DNA of 63,718 nt, filler included, from Olpidium bornovanus S191 (lineage: Eukaryota; Fungi; Olpidiomycota): NCBI GenBank assembly GCA_017911155.1. It is 31 parts of 31 records of this genome, joined end to end, with 100 filler letters (N's around TTAATTAATTAA, not from the genome) between each part and the next. Parts side by side here need not be neighbours in the genome. Positions count along the whole stretch, not along the records: positions 11,304 to 12,614 come from JAEFCI010012146.1; positions 12,715 to 14,318 come from JAEFCI010008050.1; positions 14,419 to 15,717 come from JAEFCI010013248.1; positions 15,818 to 18,040 come from JAEFCI010002080.1; positions 18,141 to 19,658 come from JAEFCI010002611.1; positions 19,759 to 21,624 come from JAEFCI010001891.1; positions 21,725 to 23,652 come from JAEFCI010001224.1; 24 more parts are not named here. One strand, given 5' to 3'. Positions 11,304-22,397 of this stretch are shown piece by piece. Made by a program: the position numbers and the translations under genes. Within the stretch, counting starts at the first letter, position 1. Each line of letters starts with the position of its first letter. A model generated the notes under the pieces. That model saw nothing but the letters and a program-made list of their open reading frames with translations, did not search any database and was not told the origin of the DNA.

Positions 11304-11426
11304 ATACCCATTAACGGCGGCGCTCTCGCTCGACGGCGGCAGGCGGATGTAGAAGCGCGGCTGGATGAGGTGGACCGGAACCTGGCACGGGTGAAGCTTA
11401 AAATGAGGAGTATGCACGTCATGTAA
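11304..11426 (+). CDS. 3' end of a coiled-coil protein with an MPHOSPH9-like C-terminal motif
   Basis: IPINGGALARRRQADVEARLDEVDRNLARVKLKMRSMHVM* resembles the animal MPHOSPH9 tail (GG..LEDRLERINRELGSVRMTLKKFHVL). Only 40 aa visible. Confidence 0.45.
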   Translation: MPINGGALARRRQADVEARLDEVDRNLARVKLKMRSMHVM

Positions 11427-12199
11427 AAAATAAGGGGGAAAGGGAGAGGGGGTGGGGGGGGGAGGTGTCGTTCCAGAAATCTCGCCTGTTCACAACACGA
11501 GGCCCAACATGTGGAGCGGGCGACGAAAGTAACCCCTAGACATAGCAAAGATCCCCCGTTCGAACCCTGCTCATAAAAACACATCGCGGACCGCTCCTGA
11601 TCGCACGGAACGGAAGCAGCGAGTGCACGAGAACGACCCGCCGGAGGGATTTGCCGAAGCGGGCAGCGGGGTCAGGGAGGTGACGGGGCTTGGGATCGCT
11701 GCGAGGAAAAAGTGCGGGCTCCTCCCGTCTCTTCCGCCGGAGCCGCAACGTTGGTCGGGGCGCGGGCCGCATCTGGCCAGCGCTTCGCGGAGGATTTCTT
11801 TCTTAAAGGGGACCTCGCTGCTCGCTCGACCCGAGCGTCCTCTGCCCGCCACGAACGGTCGCCAAACACAAGGCGCGTGTTTGGTCAAAATCCCCCCGAC
11901 GAAGTTTTCATTCCTAGTTCGCACCGAGTTCGCCTTATCAGCGACATTCGTTTTTTCTTTTTTCCACTCTTGCCGAGTTAACAGGTCAAACGGGCGCGTA
12001 TTCAAACTTCGCCTCCGGCTGCAAGCCAACTGAATGATAATAATAAAAAAAAGAAATCCCGAACCCTCCGGGCCGTGCGGGCGCTGTCCTTCCGAGAGTC
12101 CTCCTCCCCCTCCCGTTCTCCCCGTTCCCGTCAACCCCGGCCGGTCGATAACCTTGGCGCACTGGGGAATGGGGGACCTGCCATGCCCTTGTTTCGGTT

Positions 12200-12443
12200 T
12201 CATCGCGTTTGACTTGGCGACGCTTCCGGTCGCGGCGGGCCCGCGGCCGGCACGATCCCCCCCGCCGTGCCAGACTGCAGCGGATCAAATTTGTAGGCGA
12301 GGACCGGCTGAAAACCCCCGAAAACGCCGAACGCCACCAGATTGTCGTGCGGGTGGTACGCGACGGCGTTGACCGGCCCCGTCAAGGTCGCCGCGTTCCT
12401 GTAAAACCCGACCGCCTCCGTGGTGCTGGCGTGATTCACCCGG
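12200..12443 (-). CDS. AHI1: Last exon of Jouberin/AHI1-like WD40 ciliary transition-zone protein
   Basis: VNAVAYHPHDNLVAFGVFGGFQPVLAYKFD matches AHI1 [25 protein letters not shown]. Acceptor AG ends at 12444. Confidence 0.7.
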
Positions 12444-12521
12444 CTTTTAAATTTTTTTTTTTTTTTTTTGTGCGTAGTTAAGAGTCGCGTTGGCTGTTAA
12501 GAGAGCCCGGTCTGGGAGGGG

Positions 12522-12561
<40 letters not shown>

Positions 12562-13249
12562 CCCCGGGCAAAACAGGCCGCCCCCCGCCCGCCCGCCTCC
12601 CCCCCGCGCCCCACNNNNNNNNNNNNNNNNNNNNNNNNNNNNNNNNNNNNNNNNNNNNTTAATTAATTAANNNNNNNNNNNNNNNNNNNNNNNNNNNNNN
12701 NNNNNNNNNNNNNNCATGGTAGTCCACAACAAAAAACTTTCAGCTCTTGAAAAACTGGGAGAGAGAAAAAACCTTTTTTTGGGAGATTGGGGGTGGAACG
12801 GTTTAGCTTGTCTCTCCAGATTCTAGATTTTTTTTCTCTGTGCCCCGTTTCAATGAGCACACCTTCAGGCTTAGAACCACACTTTTCATATTTTTAAGGT
12901 AGACCCCGCTTTTTCCCCTCTCCCTCTTCCCTTATTTTCCCGTGTCTCCTTTTGAAAGTTTGTACAAATTTCGCGCGACACGTTACCTAGCAGTGATTTA
13001 AAAAAAAAAAACAACCTAGGACTGGTGTAACGGGAGGGGAGAAATTCTTGTTTATTATCCGGGACCGACCCGGAGGCTAATCGATAACGGGATGGCCACG
13101 GCCACGCGTCATCGAAGAAGGGGACGTGACGGGCCATCGAAAGGGACGCCTACGGGGACGCTACGCTACACTTGCATCTTCTTCCTGCGAACGCGACGCC
13201 CGCAGCGCAATCGCCCGGTCCTTATCCACCATGTTCGGAACTCCTGGAT

Positions 13250-13538
13250 CTTCTTCCCGGCATGAAAATCGTGATTCTTGCATTGTATGTCGATGATGTC
13301 AATACTTTCAGCAACGATCCTGACCTCACCAATGCTGAACAAGGCGCCCCCTTTTTATTGACCGCTTTGGAACTACTGGATTAAAGGAAACAGAAATCTT
13401 TATGCGCATTCAGGATCCTACAGTCACCGCGCGGCATCACGTCGGACCAGTCGCATTACAGCACTCAATCTTTTCAGAAATACCACATGAAGGGAGCGAA
13501 TCCCGCCGCCACGCCAATGGAACCTGGCACTGCCCTTC
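13250..13538 (+). mobile_element. Decayed copia RT fragment (catalytic YVDD)
   Basis: ILALYVDDVNTFSND and DQSHYSTQSFQKYHMKGANPAATPMEPG, frameshifted. Confidence 0.85.
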
Positions 13539-13665
13539 TGTCAGAATTCAGACTAGCCAATCACGTGACCTCCCTTCGGCTGTTGTAACCGTGTAGTCGC
13601 AGTACTTCCCTCTTATCCCCGCACTCCCGAATAAACCACAAAGGCTTCTCACAGGTTATGAGCCC
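13539..13665 (+). mobile_element. 115-bp 5' LTR plus PBS of a copia element inserted in the older RT
   Basis: Termini TGTCAGAA...TTCTCACA (imperfect inverted repeat), internal CCAAT/TCACGTGA and AATAAA (13630). Followed immediately by GGTTATGAGCCC (13654-13665), complementary to the anticodon arm of initiator tRNA-Met. Confidence 0.85.
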
Positions 13666-13723
13666 AAAGTGACCGCGAGCGAGAATCCAACGTCGCTGCC
13701 GCCTGCGCTCGCCGCCGCATCCG

Positions 13724-14157
13724 AGCTGCTTCCCGCCATCTCGGCGACACGCAGCACACCGGGACTGACCGCCGATCCGGCCGCCACCGCCATCGCCGCG
13801 CGCCTCCGCCGCGCTACCTGACGCGCGCAGCCGCCACAAGGACTAACCGCCTCTGGCGCGCCCCCGCCGCGCAACCACCGCCGCGCAACCACCGCGCGTC
13901 ATCACCGCCATCCGCCGCCGCCGCCACGCGCGCAGAAGGAGCGCCACCGCCGCCGCCGCCATCGCTGCGCGCGCAGAATTATCGCCGCCGCGCATTTAGC
14001 AAGAGAGCTGCGCTCACCACCGCTGCGCGCCCGCCGCGGCCGCCGCCACCGCCGCTGCTTCCCGCCATCTCGGCGACACGCAGTACGCCGACCGCCACGC
14101 CACCGCCACGCCACCGCCACTGCTTCCCGCCATCTCGGCGACACGCAGCACACCTCC
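13724..14157 (+). repeat. GCC-rich retrotransposon leader with three copies of a ~35-bp repeat
   Basis: CTGCTTCCCGCCATCTCGGCGACACGCAG(C/T)AC at about 13725, 14055 and 14120. Possible gag ATG at 14303. Confidence 0.8.
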
Positions 14158-14431
14158 AGGCGCCACCAAGAACTCTGAGAAGTTGTCTCCATCTCAACCC
14201 CGTTCTTCTTTACGAAGAGAACGGGGCAGCGGGCAAGTGCTGAAGAAAACGAAAGCCATCAAAATTGATCTTCCCTGACTTCAGAACACTAAGCCGTCAA
14301 CCATGTCTAACCGCCTTCNNNNNNNNNNNNNNNNNNNNNNNNNNNNNNNNNNNNNNNNNNNNTTAATTAATTAANNNNNNNNNNNNNNNNNNNNNNNNNN
14401 NNNNNNNNNNNNNNNNNNAAAAACCCCCCCC

Positions 14432-14471
<40 letters not shown>

Positions 14472-14504
14472 GGCTCACGGCGCCTTGATGCGTTTCTGCA
14501 TCCG

Positions 14505-15166
14505 TACAAAGATGGCGCTTCGGTAGGGCAGGTGCAGGGTGTCGGCAACCATCGCTTCGTACCCGCGTCCCGCGCAAATCTTGCTGAGGTTGAGAGACCT
14601 TGGGAATGCGAGACCGAGAAGTCAGGGCGGGCGCGGAGCCCGCTCCGGGTAGCGCAAACCCGGTCCTATCAGCGCTCCGCCGTCGCCCCGTCAATTTCCG
14701 TCAAAACCGCCGCACCTGTCAGACCCAACGCAGAGCACGTCGGGGTTGACGGCCATGTACTTGCCGTTCCCGCAGCCGACGTCCGCGCCGAGCTCGCCGC
14801 GTCTCCGGGATTTCAGAAACTCGTCAACGACCGGCCAGGGCTGAAGAAGGGGTGGGGGAAGGGGGGGAAGCCGCGGGGAACGGAGGTGAGAGGCCGCGTT
14901 GACGGGCGGTTCTTCCCTCCCCCACCTTCCAGAGGCGGGGTTTCCTTTTTTCTGTTTTCTCCCGTTCGCTGCGGGAGTGGGGAGCGCGCGCGGACGAAAT
15001 GGACCTACGTCACCTTGTACCGCGTCTGGCTGAAGTGCGGCGCTATCGCCTCGTACACGTCGTGAACGAGGGCCTTCTCGTCCGCGGGGCCCACGTCCCT
15101 CACGGCGCGCGGAGGCGGAGGAGCGGGGAAGGGCGACGCCGCGGCGGGCCGCCGGCTGTCGGCCAT
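14505..15166 (-). CDS. TRM9: tRNA uridine-34 carboxymethyl methyltransferase, Trm9/ALKBH8-type (5' exons)
   Basis: EKALVHDVYEAIAPHFSQTRYK | PWPVVDEFLK..GADVGCGNGKY..VGSDR | SLNLSKICAGRGYEAMVADTLHLPYR. Exons 15166-15014, 14840-14716 and 14598 on, with consistent GT-AG phases. Confidence 0.92.
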
Positions 15167-15817
15167 CGCCGGAGCGGAGCAGAGGTGCCGGCGCGCCCTT
15201 CCCTCCGGGCGAGGCGGCGGCCGGGGGCGTGGGTTCGCCCGTTCGTGCAAGGGTTCGGAGGAGCCCCACCAACCCCCCTCCCCCTCCCGCGCTGGCCTGG
15301 ATGATCAAGAACTGCTGGTGCTTTTCAAACTGCCCGCTCCTCTCCCGGCTGCGGCGAAAATCCTGCTGCGAAATCGAAGCTTTTCTGCCGCAAACCACGG
15401 CGGTCTCGCGGGCGGACGCCCGTTGACGTCGTGTATTGGAACGGAAAAACGTATCTCTCCCTCTCTCGCGCAACCCCACCGCGCTCCGGATATCTTTATT
15501 TCCATTTGAAAGTGCACGATGAAAACAGGCGAAAGCTTTATTTCGGCGAGGGAGAGTGTGACCGCCGGAAGGATACCTTGTGGAAAATCTGGATGGCCAT
15601 GGACGGGGAGTCAAAAGTATACGGAATGGACGGGGAATCAAAGTATGGCAAGGCAAATATCTGGAATGGATAGCCATAGACAAGGGAATCAGTTATTTGG
15701 ATGGGGGGAACGGCGACNNNNNNNNNNNNNNNNNNNNNNNNNNNNNNNNNNNNNNNNNNNNTTAATTAATTAANNNNNNNNNNNNNNNNNNNNNNNNNNN
15801 NNNNNNNNNNNNNNNNN

Positions 15818-16975
15818 CCATGTGACCTTGTTTTCCTCCAGATTACCCACCCACCTGTGGCCCGAAATTTGGAAATTCGTAGTCCACGTTTATAATCTGT
15901 CCCCTCACCGTGCGACTAACGCCATTCCGCTCAGTGTCATTGATGCGCCTCGGATTCCAGATGTCTCCCATCTGCGAATCATTGGTTCCTATGCATTTTC
16001 TCACGTTCTTCCCGCACAGCGCGACCATAAATTTCCTCCTACTGCAGAAAAACTTGTTTTCATCGGGTATAGCGAAACCAGCAAGGGCTACCGGCTCTGG
16101 AATCCGGTCACCGATGAAATCGTCGAGCGCTTCGACGTTACCGTCAACGAGTCACGCCCTTTCGATCCAGCACTTCACGCCCACACTGGCACCGCGCTCG
16201 TTGACCCCGACACTCCGCTCGACGCACACGACGCGCATTCCGACGCTCAAAATGAGTACGTCGTCAAGCGCATTGTCGGCCGCCGTTACGACTCCATCAA
16301 AGACACTTGGTATTCCCATACTAAGTGAAAGGGTACCCGTCGTCCGCAAATTCTTGGGAACCTTTCGACAACTTAAATTGCACTGACCGTATCTGTCAAT
16401 ATTTCCATCGGAAGCGCCCCCCAATCCCGCCGCACTTCGCCATGCGCGCGCTTCGCGTTCTCCTGCAACTGACCCTGTTCTCGCCCTTCACTCGCATTCT
16501 GCCGACGCGGACAACGGGCCTCCGCGTCTACACCTCGAACCACGCACCTACCGTGAGGCGATTGCACGCCCCGAAGGTGCCCAATGGCACGCGTCGATGA
16601 GAAAGGAGTTGGCCGCCCTGCGAGCCAACAGGGTAATTGAGCTGGTCACCCTGGCCCGCGACGTTCATCCCGTCACCGGCAAATGGGTTTTCAGATACAA
16701 ACGTCGCCCTGACGGTGTTATCACTTTTTAAAAATCCTCCTACGTCGCACGCGAGTACACACAGCGGAAACATGTCGATTATGAGGAAGCATACTCACCT
16801 GTGATATCCTTCCCTGCGCTGCGTTTCCTCCTTGCCGTCACCACGTACTACGACTGGTCCCTACGCTCTCTCGATTTCATTACCGCTTACCTAAATTCCC
16901 CTTTGGATCGACCCATCTACATCCGACAGATCGAAGGCTACAAAGAATTTCCTGATGACGACACGAAGGGTGTGC
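15818..16975 (+). mobile_element. Ty1/copia pol fragment: integrase C-terminus, chromodomain, RT N-terminus
   Basis: INT tail LWPEIWKFVVHVYNLSPH..DVSHLRIIGSYAF..KLVFIGYSETSKGYRLWNP. Chromodomain 16254-16405. RT LEPRTYREAI..KELAAL..GKWVFRYK..VDYEEAYSPV..TAYLNSPLDRPIYIRQIEGY. Confidence 0.9.
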
Positions 16976-18040
16976 TGTGGCATGGCCCTCGAACAGCCCG
17001 TCGACCAACGCCGCGGAAGGCGGCGGCGGACGAGAGGCAGAGGCGGTCGAGGGGGCGGGAGGCGGAGACGGGGCGGGATCGAGGGCAAGACGGCCCCCGA
17101 ACCCGGGGGCCAGCCAATAGAATAATCCCCCTCGAAGCCCGCCAATCGAAAAGCTCTCCCCCCTTCCTGTTGGTTGTTGCGCCCGTTGTTATTGTTGTGT
17201 TTGTGTATAGGGAGACAAAAAGACAGACAGGCGGGGAGAAAAAAGGAAGGCTGTCTTTGTAAGGCTTGAACATTCAGAGGTTCTGGAAACACGTCACGGC
17301 TTGAATACCAACACCCCCCTGTAAGTCCGTACGTGTAGAAAGGGAGAAGGAAGAAGAGAAAAGAAAAGAAAAGATATCAACTTGGCGAATGGCTCGGTGA
17401 CTCGCGGCGGGAATCTCGCGACGACGGTGGAGCTCTTCTTGTTGGTCTCGGTGGTCTTGTCGATCTTGGCAGCAGTTAGGCCGGAAATGGGGCAGGTACC
17501 ACGCCGAGAGCTTCTCGATGGCATTCGAAGTCAGGGAGAACGAGGCCTTTGGTGAAGATGTCGACACGATTTCACGAGAAGGTACTGCGCTCCGGGCAAC
17601 GTTTCCTTGCTCGGCAGCTTCACCGACATAGAGGTGGCGGATGTCAATGTGCTTGCTCCTTTTGTTGATGCGACGAGTGTCCCAGCTGATCTCCAATACG
17701 CCGTGGTTGTCAATAAGGAGGGGAATGGGACTTGCGTCACCAAGGAGATCCTCGACGATGTGACGAAACCAGGAGATTTCCCGACACGTTTCTGATGCGG
17801 CGATTATTTCGGCTTCAGTTGAGGAATTGGCGATGCAGGGTTGCTTGCCGGATCGCCAAATAATGGAGCTTGCTGAGCGTTGTCGGTGTCCTTCAGTTGC
17901 AGTTGCAGAAGGTACCTGGTTATTGATCGCCGATCGTTGATTGCGCACCCCCAATCGCTGTCAGAATAGGCAACGACTTGTAGATCAAGGGCGCGTTTCG
18001 AAATGTTGGGGGCTGGCTGGGAGACGAAGACCATAGCCGG
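16976..18040 (-). mobile_element. Nested copia 3' end (RNase H, PPT, ~338-bp 3' LTR) inserted antisense into the RT
   Basis: YSDSDWG..DRRSIT; WRSGKQPCIANSSTEAEIIAASE..IDN..KRSKHIDIRH. PPT ACAGGGGGG (17322-17314) abuts TGTTGG at 17313. The LTR ends ..CCACA at about 16976. Confidence 0.85.
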
Positions 18041-18140
18041 NNNNNNNNNNNNNNNNNNNNNNNNNNNNNNNNNNNNNNNNNNNNTTAATTAATTAANNNN
18101 NNNNNNNNNNNNNNNNNNNNNNNNNNNNNNNNNNNNNNNN

Positions 18141-19600
18141 AGGGAAAGAAAGACGAACCACCCAGAAGAACGGGTTCTTTGTAAACAACATGAAAACGCT
18201 CATCGCAATAGCATCGACCGCTAACGAGGAACGGAAAATATGGATTGTGTTGGGAAAAACTGTTGCAGACAGAAGGGGAGGGAGAGAGAAAGGAAGTACT
18301 CGCGTGCTCGGGTTCAATTTTTTTTTTTCCCATTTTCCGAAATTGTCACAGCAGGAATAAACGGAACGATGACCGCATCAATTCTGGCCATCACCGCGCC
18401 GACGTTGCCAGTGTCCGCGTAGATCCGGTATTGGTCGAAGGTCAGTGGGAAGAACGAGAAGATGCAGACTGTGTAGCTGCGGGTTGTCTGGCGACCACCC
18501 TGAAATTTTTTCCCCCTTTTTTCCTTTTTTTTGTTGTTGTATCGCGGCTACGGGACGGCCGACCGCCGGGCCGTGTTTTGCGGAACGCGGAGATCCCTTC
18601 CCCCCCCTCCCCCCTGCCCGCAGAGGACGTCCTCCTACACCCCCCCCCTCCCCCAAGCTTTGTCGCCCGGCATGGGTCGAGCTCGGGCTGGATGGGGATC
18701 CCTACCTTACAGGGGTTCTGACCCGGCCAGCACAAAGGGAAGTTAAAAATTGTCGGAGCGCGTCGCGTCCGATCCTCGGAATTCGGGGCGGCAGGGCAAG
18801 GGGCGCGCGCTTTGTAACTCACGACGTTTTGACGTGCGACACTACAAGGGGGACGAATCTTTTATTCGAAGAAACGGAGAACCTGCTGGGGGGATTCGTC
18901 GGGGCACGAAGGACCACGTGCCGACGCAGAGGCAGCCTCGAATATGGAGCACGACCCAGCGTGATAAACGCTCCAGCTTTCAAGCAAGAACCGGCGCCTT
19001 TCCCTCTCCCCTCTCTCAAGTTCTGAATATTTTTGACAGGCCGCAAGGCTTTTTGCAACTACCAGATTTTGTGGAGCGCGGACGCACTTCGAGTCGGTGT
19101 AGCGCACGCGCCGTTGAAACGAGCGGTCGAGTGCGCGCTTCCGTCATCTGCTGTCACTTTTGATTAGCCGTCGAACAGGAAGCCCGATCCCGCTTTGGCC
19201 CGCGTCAGATTCAACCGCCCGGAGAAGGGCGGGAGACATTTCCCAACTCTAGACCATTCTCTCAACCCAAGCTCTATTTCTCACGTCTCATCCTCGCTGT
19301 CTATCGTAAATGTCGCCGTCCTCGCGTGATGGCGCCCCTCTTCATCCCGCGCCTCTCCCGGCAGCGGAGATTGCCCTTCGTCCAACTCGCTGAAGCTTCC
19401 GTCGTGTCTTTCAAGCAAGCCGTCGTGCTCCGCCCGCGCCGAGGACGATTGCCCGCCCCCCACGCCGGCAGCGCCGGAGGACGACGGCAGGGAGGACGAG
19501 ACGAACTCCCGGAGGGCAATCGTCTGGCTGACGATGATGGGCTTGAGTGCCCGACGGGCGCAAAGGAACAGCGGAACAAGGAGTGCGGCTGCCACCGCGA
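18141..19600 (-). CDS. Fragments of hydrophobic membrane protein(s), possibly MFS-type
   Basis: Hydrophobic stretches FAVAAALLVPLFLC..(stop 19281), CIFSFFPLTFDQY..GAVMARIDAVIVPFIP and IFRSSLAVDAIAMSVFMLF. The gene structure is unresolved. Confidence 0.3.
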
Positions 19601-20777
19601 ACTGCAGGATCGACCACCCGCACGATTGGAGACGTTAGCCAACTGATCCAAAATCATGNNNNNNNNNNNNNNNNNNNNNNNNNNNNNNNNNNNNNNNNNN
19701 NNTTAATTAATTAANNNNNNNNNNNNNNNNNNNNNNNNNNNNNNNNNNNNNNNNNNNNCATGACCGGGCTTCTAACCAGCCTTCCTTGACGCTTCCCGAA
19801 ACAGCGGCCAACAGGAATACCCGGCAACAGAGCCGCGACGCAGAATAATCCGTTTCGGAGGAAGGCAAAACGGCAGTTGGCTCGCGCTCGTGCTTCGGAG
19901 GATCTGAGTGTGTGTTGGAAGTGCTTGCGTCTACCCAAATCACGCCTCTGCCCAAAACGCGCTGGCTGAGAGCTCCTTACAGGGATAATCCACAACTACT
20001 GTACTGTCATTTTCTGTGGTTATGAACGGGAGCGGGAAGAGGGACGGGCCAACTTGTGGCCCGCGCCTGCAGCCCCGCTTCTCCTTTGTTCTGCGTGCTG
20101 CGGCGTTCAGCGCGCGGGGAACCTGCTCAGGAAAATTGCCCCGAATTGCGGTGCCGCCTCCAGTTCTTCATTTCCTAGGTGCGAGCTGCTGCGTGCAATG
20201 TGGGCCCCGAGGCCAGCATCAATAGCGACTGCCTTTAGCAGTAGTGCAACCAACATCGGCGGATTCAATTGGATTCAGTACGAGACACACGAGGCACTAG
20301 TGGGCTCTGTCGGAGTGTTCCGCCGTAAACAGGATGCCAGATAGAACCGCATAAAGCTGTGAGACCGATTGACGAGGCCACTTCTGGTACCATCGTCGTC
20401 GGTCCGCAGAGGCCAAAGGCAGGAAACTACACCCACTGACCCAACTCGTGATCGGAAGGCCGCAAACGCGCTTCAGCAGCCACACGTGTTGCGAGTCGAA
20501 CGGCGTGATCATCATAAAGTTCGTAGAGACAAAAGAAATACGGATAAAGAGCAATCCGCACGTAAAGTGTTGTTTTGTAGGATGTTTATCCCGCTCCAAA
20601 CCAAGGGTATTCCACACCGAGATGTTGCCTCGCAAGTTCTGCTATTTGAATATCTTTCTTCGGGGAAAAAAAATGGTCGGAAAAGCGGCGGCGAAAGCCT
20701 ATGTATACCGTTCGTCCTCCCAAAATAGCGAAAACAGAAGCTGCAACTTCCTGCCTGCAAGCAAATTGGCCCGGCTT

Positions 20778-21478
20778 TTAAATGTTCAGCTTTGTGCGAC
20801 GCCAGTGCCTGCGCTTTGCATTGTATCTGTTTTGCGCGGAGGAGTCAGCACGCAGAACGAAAGAGCGAGCACACGCAAGACGCGCAGGCACAGAGCACAA
20901 AATCTCCGCGGGCGAAAATAAAAGCAGGCCGCAAATCTGCGCACCTGATGGTGTTACCAGTCCTTAGGCGGATCCACTGCGGAATCGGCCGGTTCTGCCT
21001 CTGCGCCTTGCCGAGGATGCGCTTCGTCTTGAAGGACTTATGGGACGGCTGGAATTTGGAACGCGCCCAGTGGCGCACGCAACCAAAGAGATCAGACACC
21101 TGTACTGGGAACTCCGCTTTGAACAGTTCTTGCACTCGTCCGCAAGCGTCAAGCGCTTTTCTCTCAGGACAACTAAGCACTGGTGGGGGCCACTTCGCAA
21201 TCGGCAGGAAGCAGCCGAGCGCGTGAGCTGACCGCCCATCGCAAGCAGCAACGACTTTCCGTCGGGCCAGCTCTCCAGTCGAGGGTCGGGCAGCTCCGGG
21301 CGGCCCTGCCCGTCTGGCCGACCGAGGACGGTTTCCCAAGCGCGACGTTCTGCACGGCCGCCCAAGGCGCCAGGTAACGGCCGCCGGCCAGCGCGGTGCG
21401 GACCGCGCACGGGATGGGATGGCCCGGCGCTGCTGCTTCGGGTCGCTGGTTCCCCCGAGAACGGAGACGACGCACCAT
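20778..21478 (-). CDS. RPL39: 60S ribosomal protein L39 (complete, 3 exons)
   Basis: ATG 21478-21476 | [35 protein letters not shown] (21048-20945) | [15 protein letters not shown] (20826-20778). Confidence 0.98.
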
Positions 21479-21549
21479 TTTCGTTCTTTTGTCGGACCTT
21501 CCGGTTGATGACCTCTCGTTTTTTCCCTTTGGTTTTCGCCCTCCAAATC

Positions 21550-21613
<64 letters not shown>

Positions 21614-21843
21614 CCCCCCCACCCNNNNNNNNNNNNNNNNNNNNNNNNNNNNNNNNNNNNNNNNNNNNTTAATTAATTAANNNNNNNNNNNNNNNNNNNN
21701 NNNNNNNNNNNNNNNNNNNNNNNNGCGGACGAGTTCCGCCGGGTGAGGAGGGGGTGGCTTTTTTCCTCTGGGGGAAAGAGAAATTTTCTTAACCAGAACG
21801 TGTCCCCTCCCCTCTCCCCCCCCCCCCCCCCCCCCTCTCCCAG

Positions 21844-22267
21844 CACCAGCGTCCGGATCGGCTGGGAGCTCATGTGCGTGATACTGATGACCTTCCCGCC
21901 GAGCAAGAACTTCGAAAACTACCTCCTCAATTTCCTGCGGCAGCACGAACCCCCCCACGCGGGCGGGAGCGTGGGCGAGCTGGCCAAGTACGCGGTGACG
22001 CGCCTGCGGCGGATATGCAAGGTGGGCCCGCGCGGCAAGGTCCCGACGGCGGCGGAAATCGAGCGGGGCCGCGAGGCCGCGTTCAAGCCGTCGGTGTTCG
22101 GCGAGCGCCTCGAGGACATCATGCGCGCCCAGCGCCGGGAGTTCCCGGACCTGCGCCTGCCGCGGGTACTCCCGTTCCTCGCGGAGGCCATCCTCAAGCT
22201 CGGCGGCCAGAGGGCGGAGGGCATCTTCCGCGTGCCCGGCGACGCGGACGAGGTGACCGACCTGAAG
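21844..22267 (+). CDS. Internal exon of a MyTH4 + RhoGAP protein (ARHGAP39-like)
   Basis: GWELMCVILMTFPPSKNFENYL (MyTH4), then SVFGERLEDIM..LPRVLPFLAEAILKLGGQRAEGIFRVPGDADEVTDLK (RhoGAP with catalytic Arg). Confidence 0.9.
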
Positions 22268-22365
22268 GTCCGGTTAGAAAACGGTGGGCCCGATCTCTCT
22301 CTCTCTCTCTCCCTCTCTCTCTCTCTTTCTATCTCGCCGTTGATTTTCCTCTTCTTTTTATTTTT

Positions 22366-22397
<32 letters not shown>

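Noticed and set aside
15718-18140. Functional clusters across neighbouring contigs (e.g. F-box with SKP1, TRM9 next to copia, MT/Gag next to VID27)
   Set aside because: Order across spacers is arbitrary; only within-contig adjacency was interpreted.
20460-20520. C/D-box snoRNA (ATGATGA...CTGA on the minus strand) near RPL39
   Set aside because: The boxes are only about 43 nt apart, there is no terminal stem, and it lies outside the RPL39 introns.
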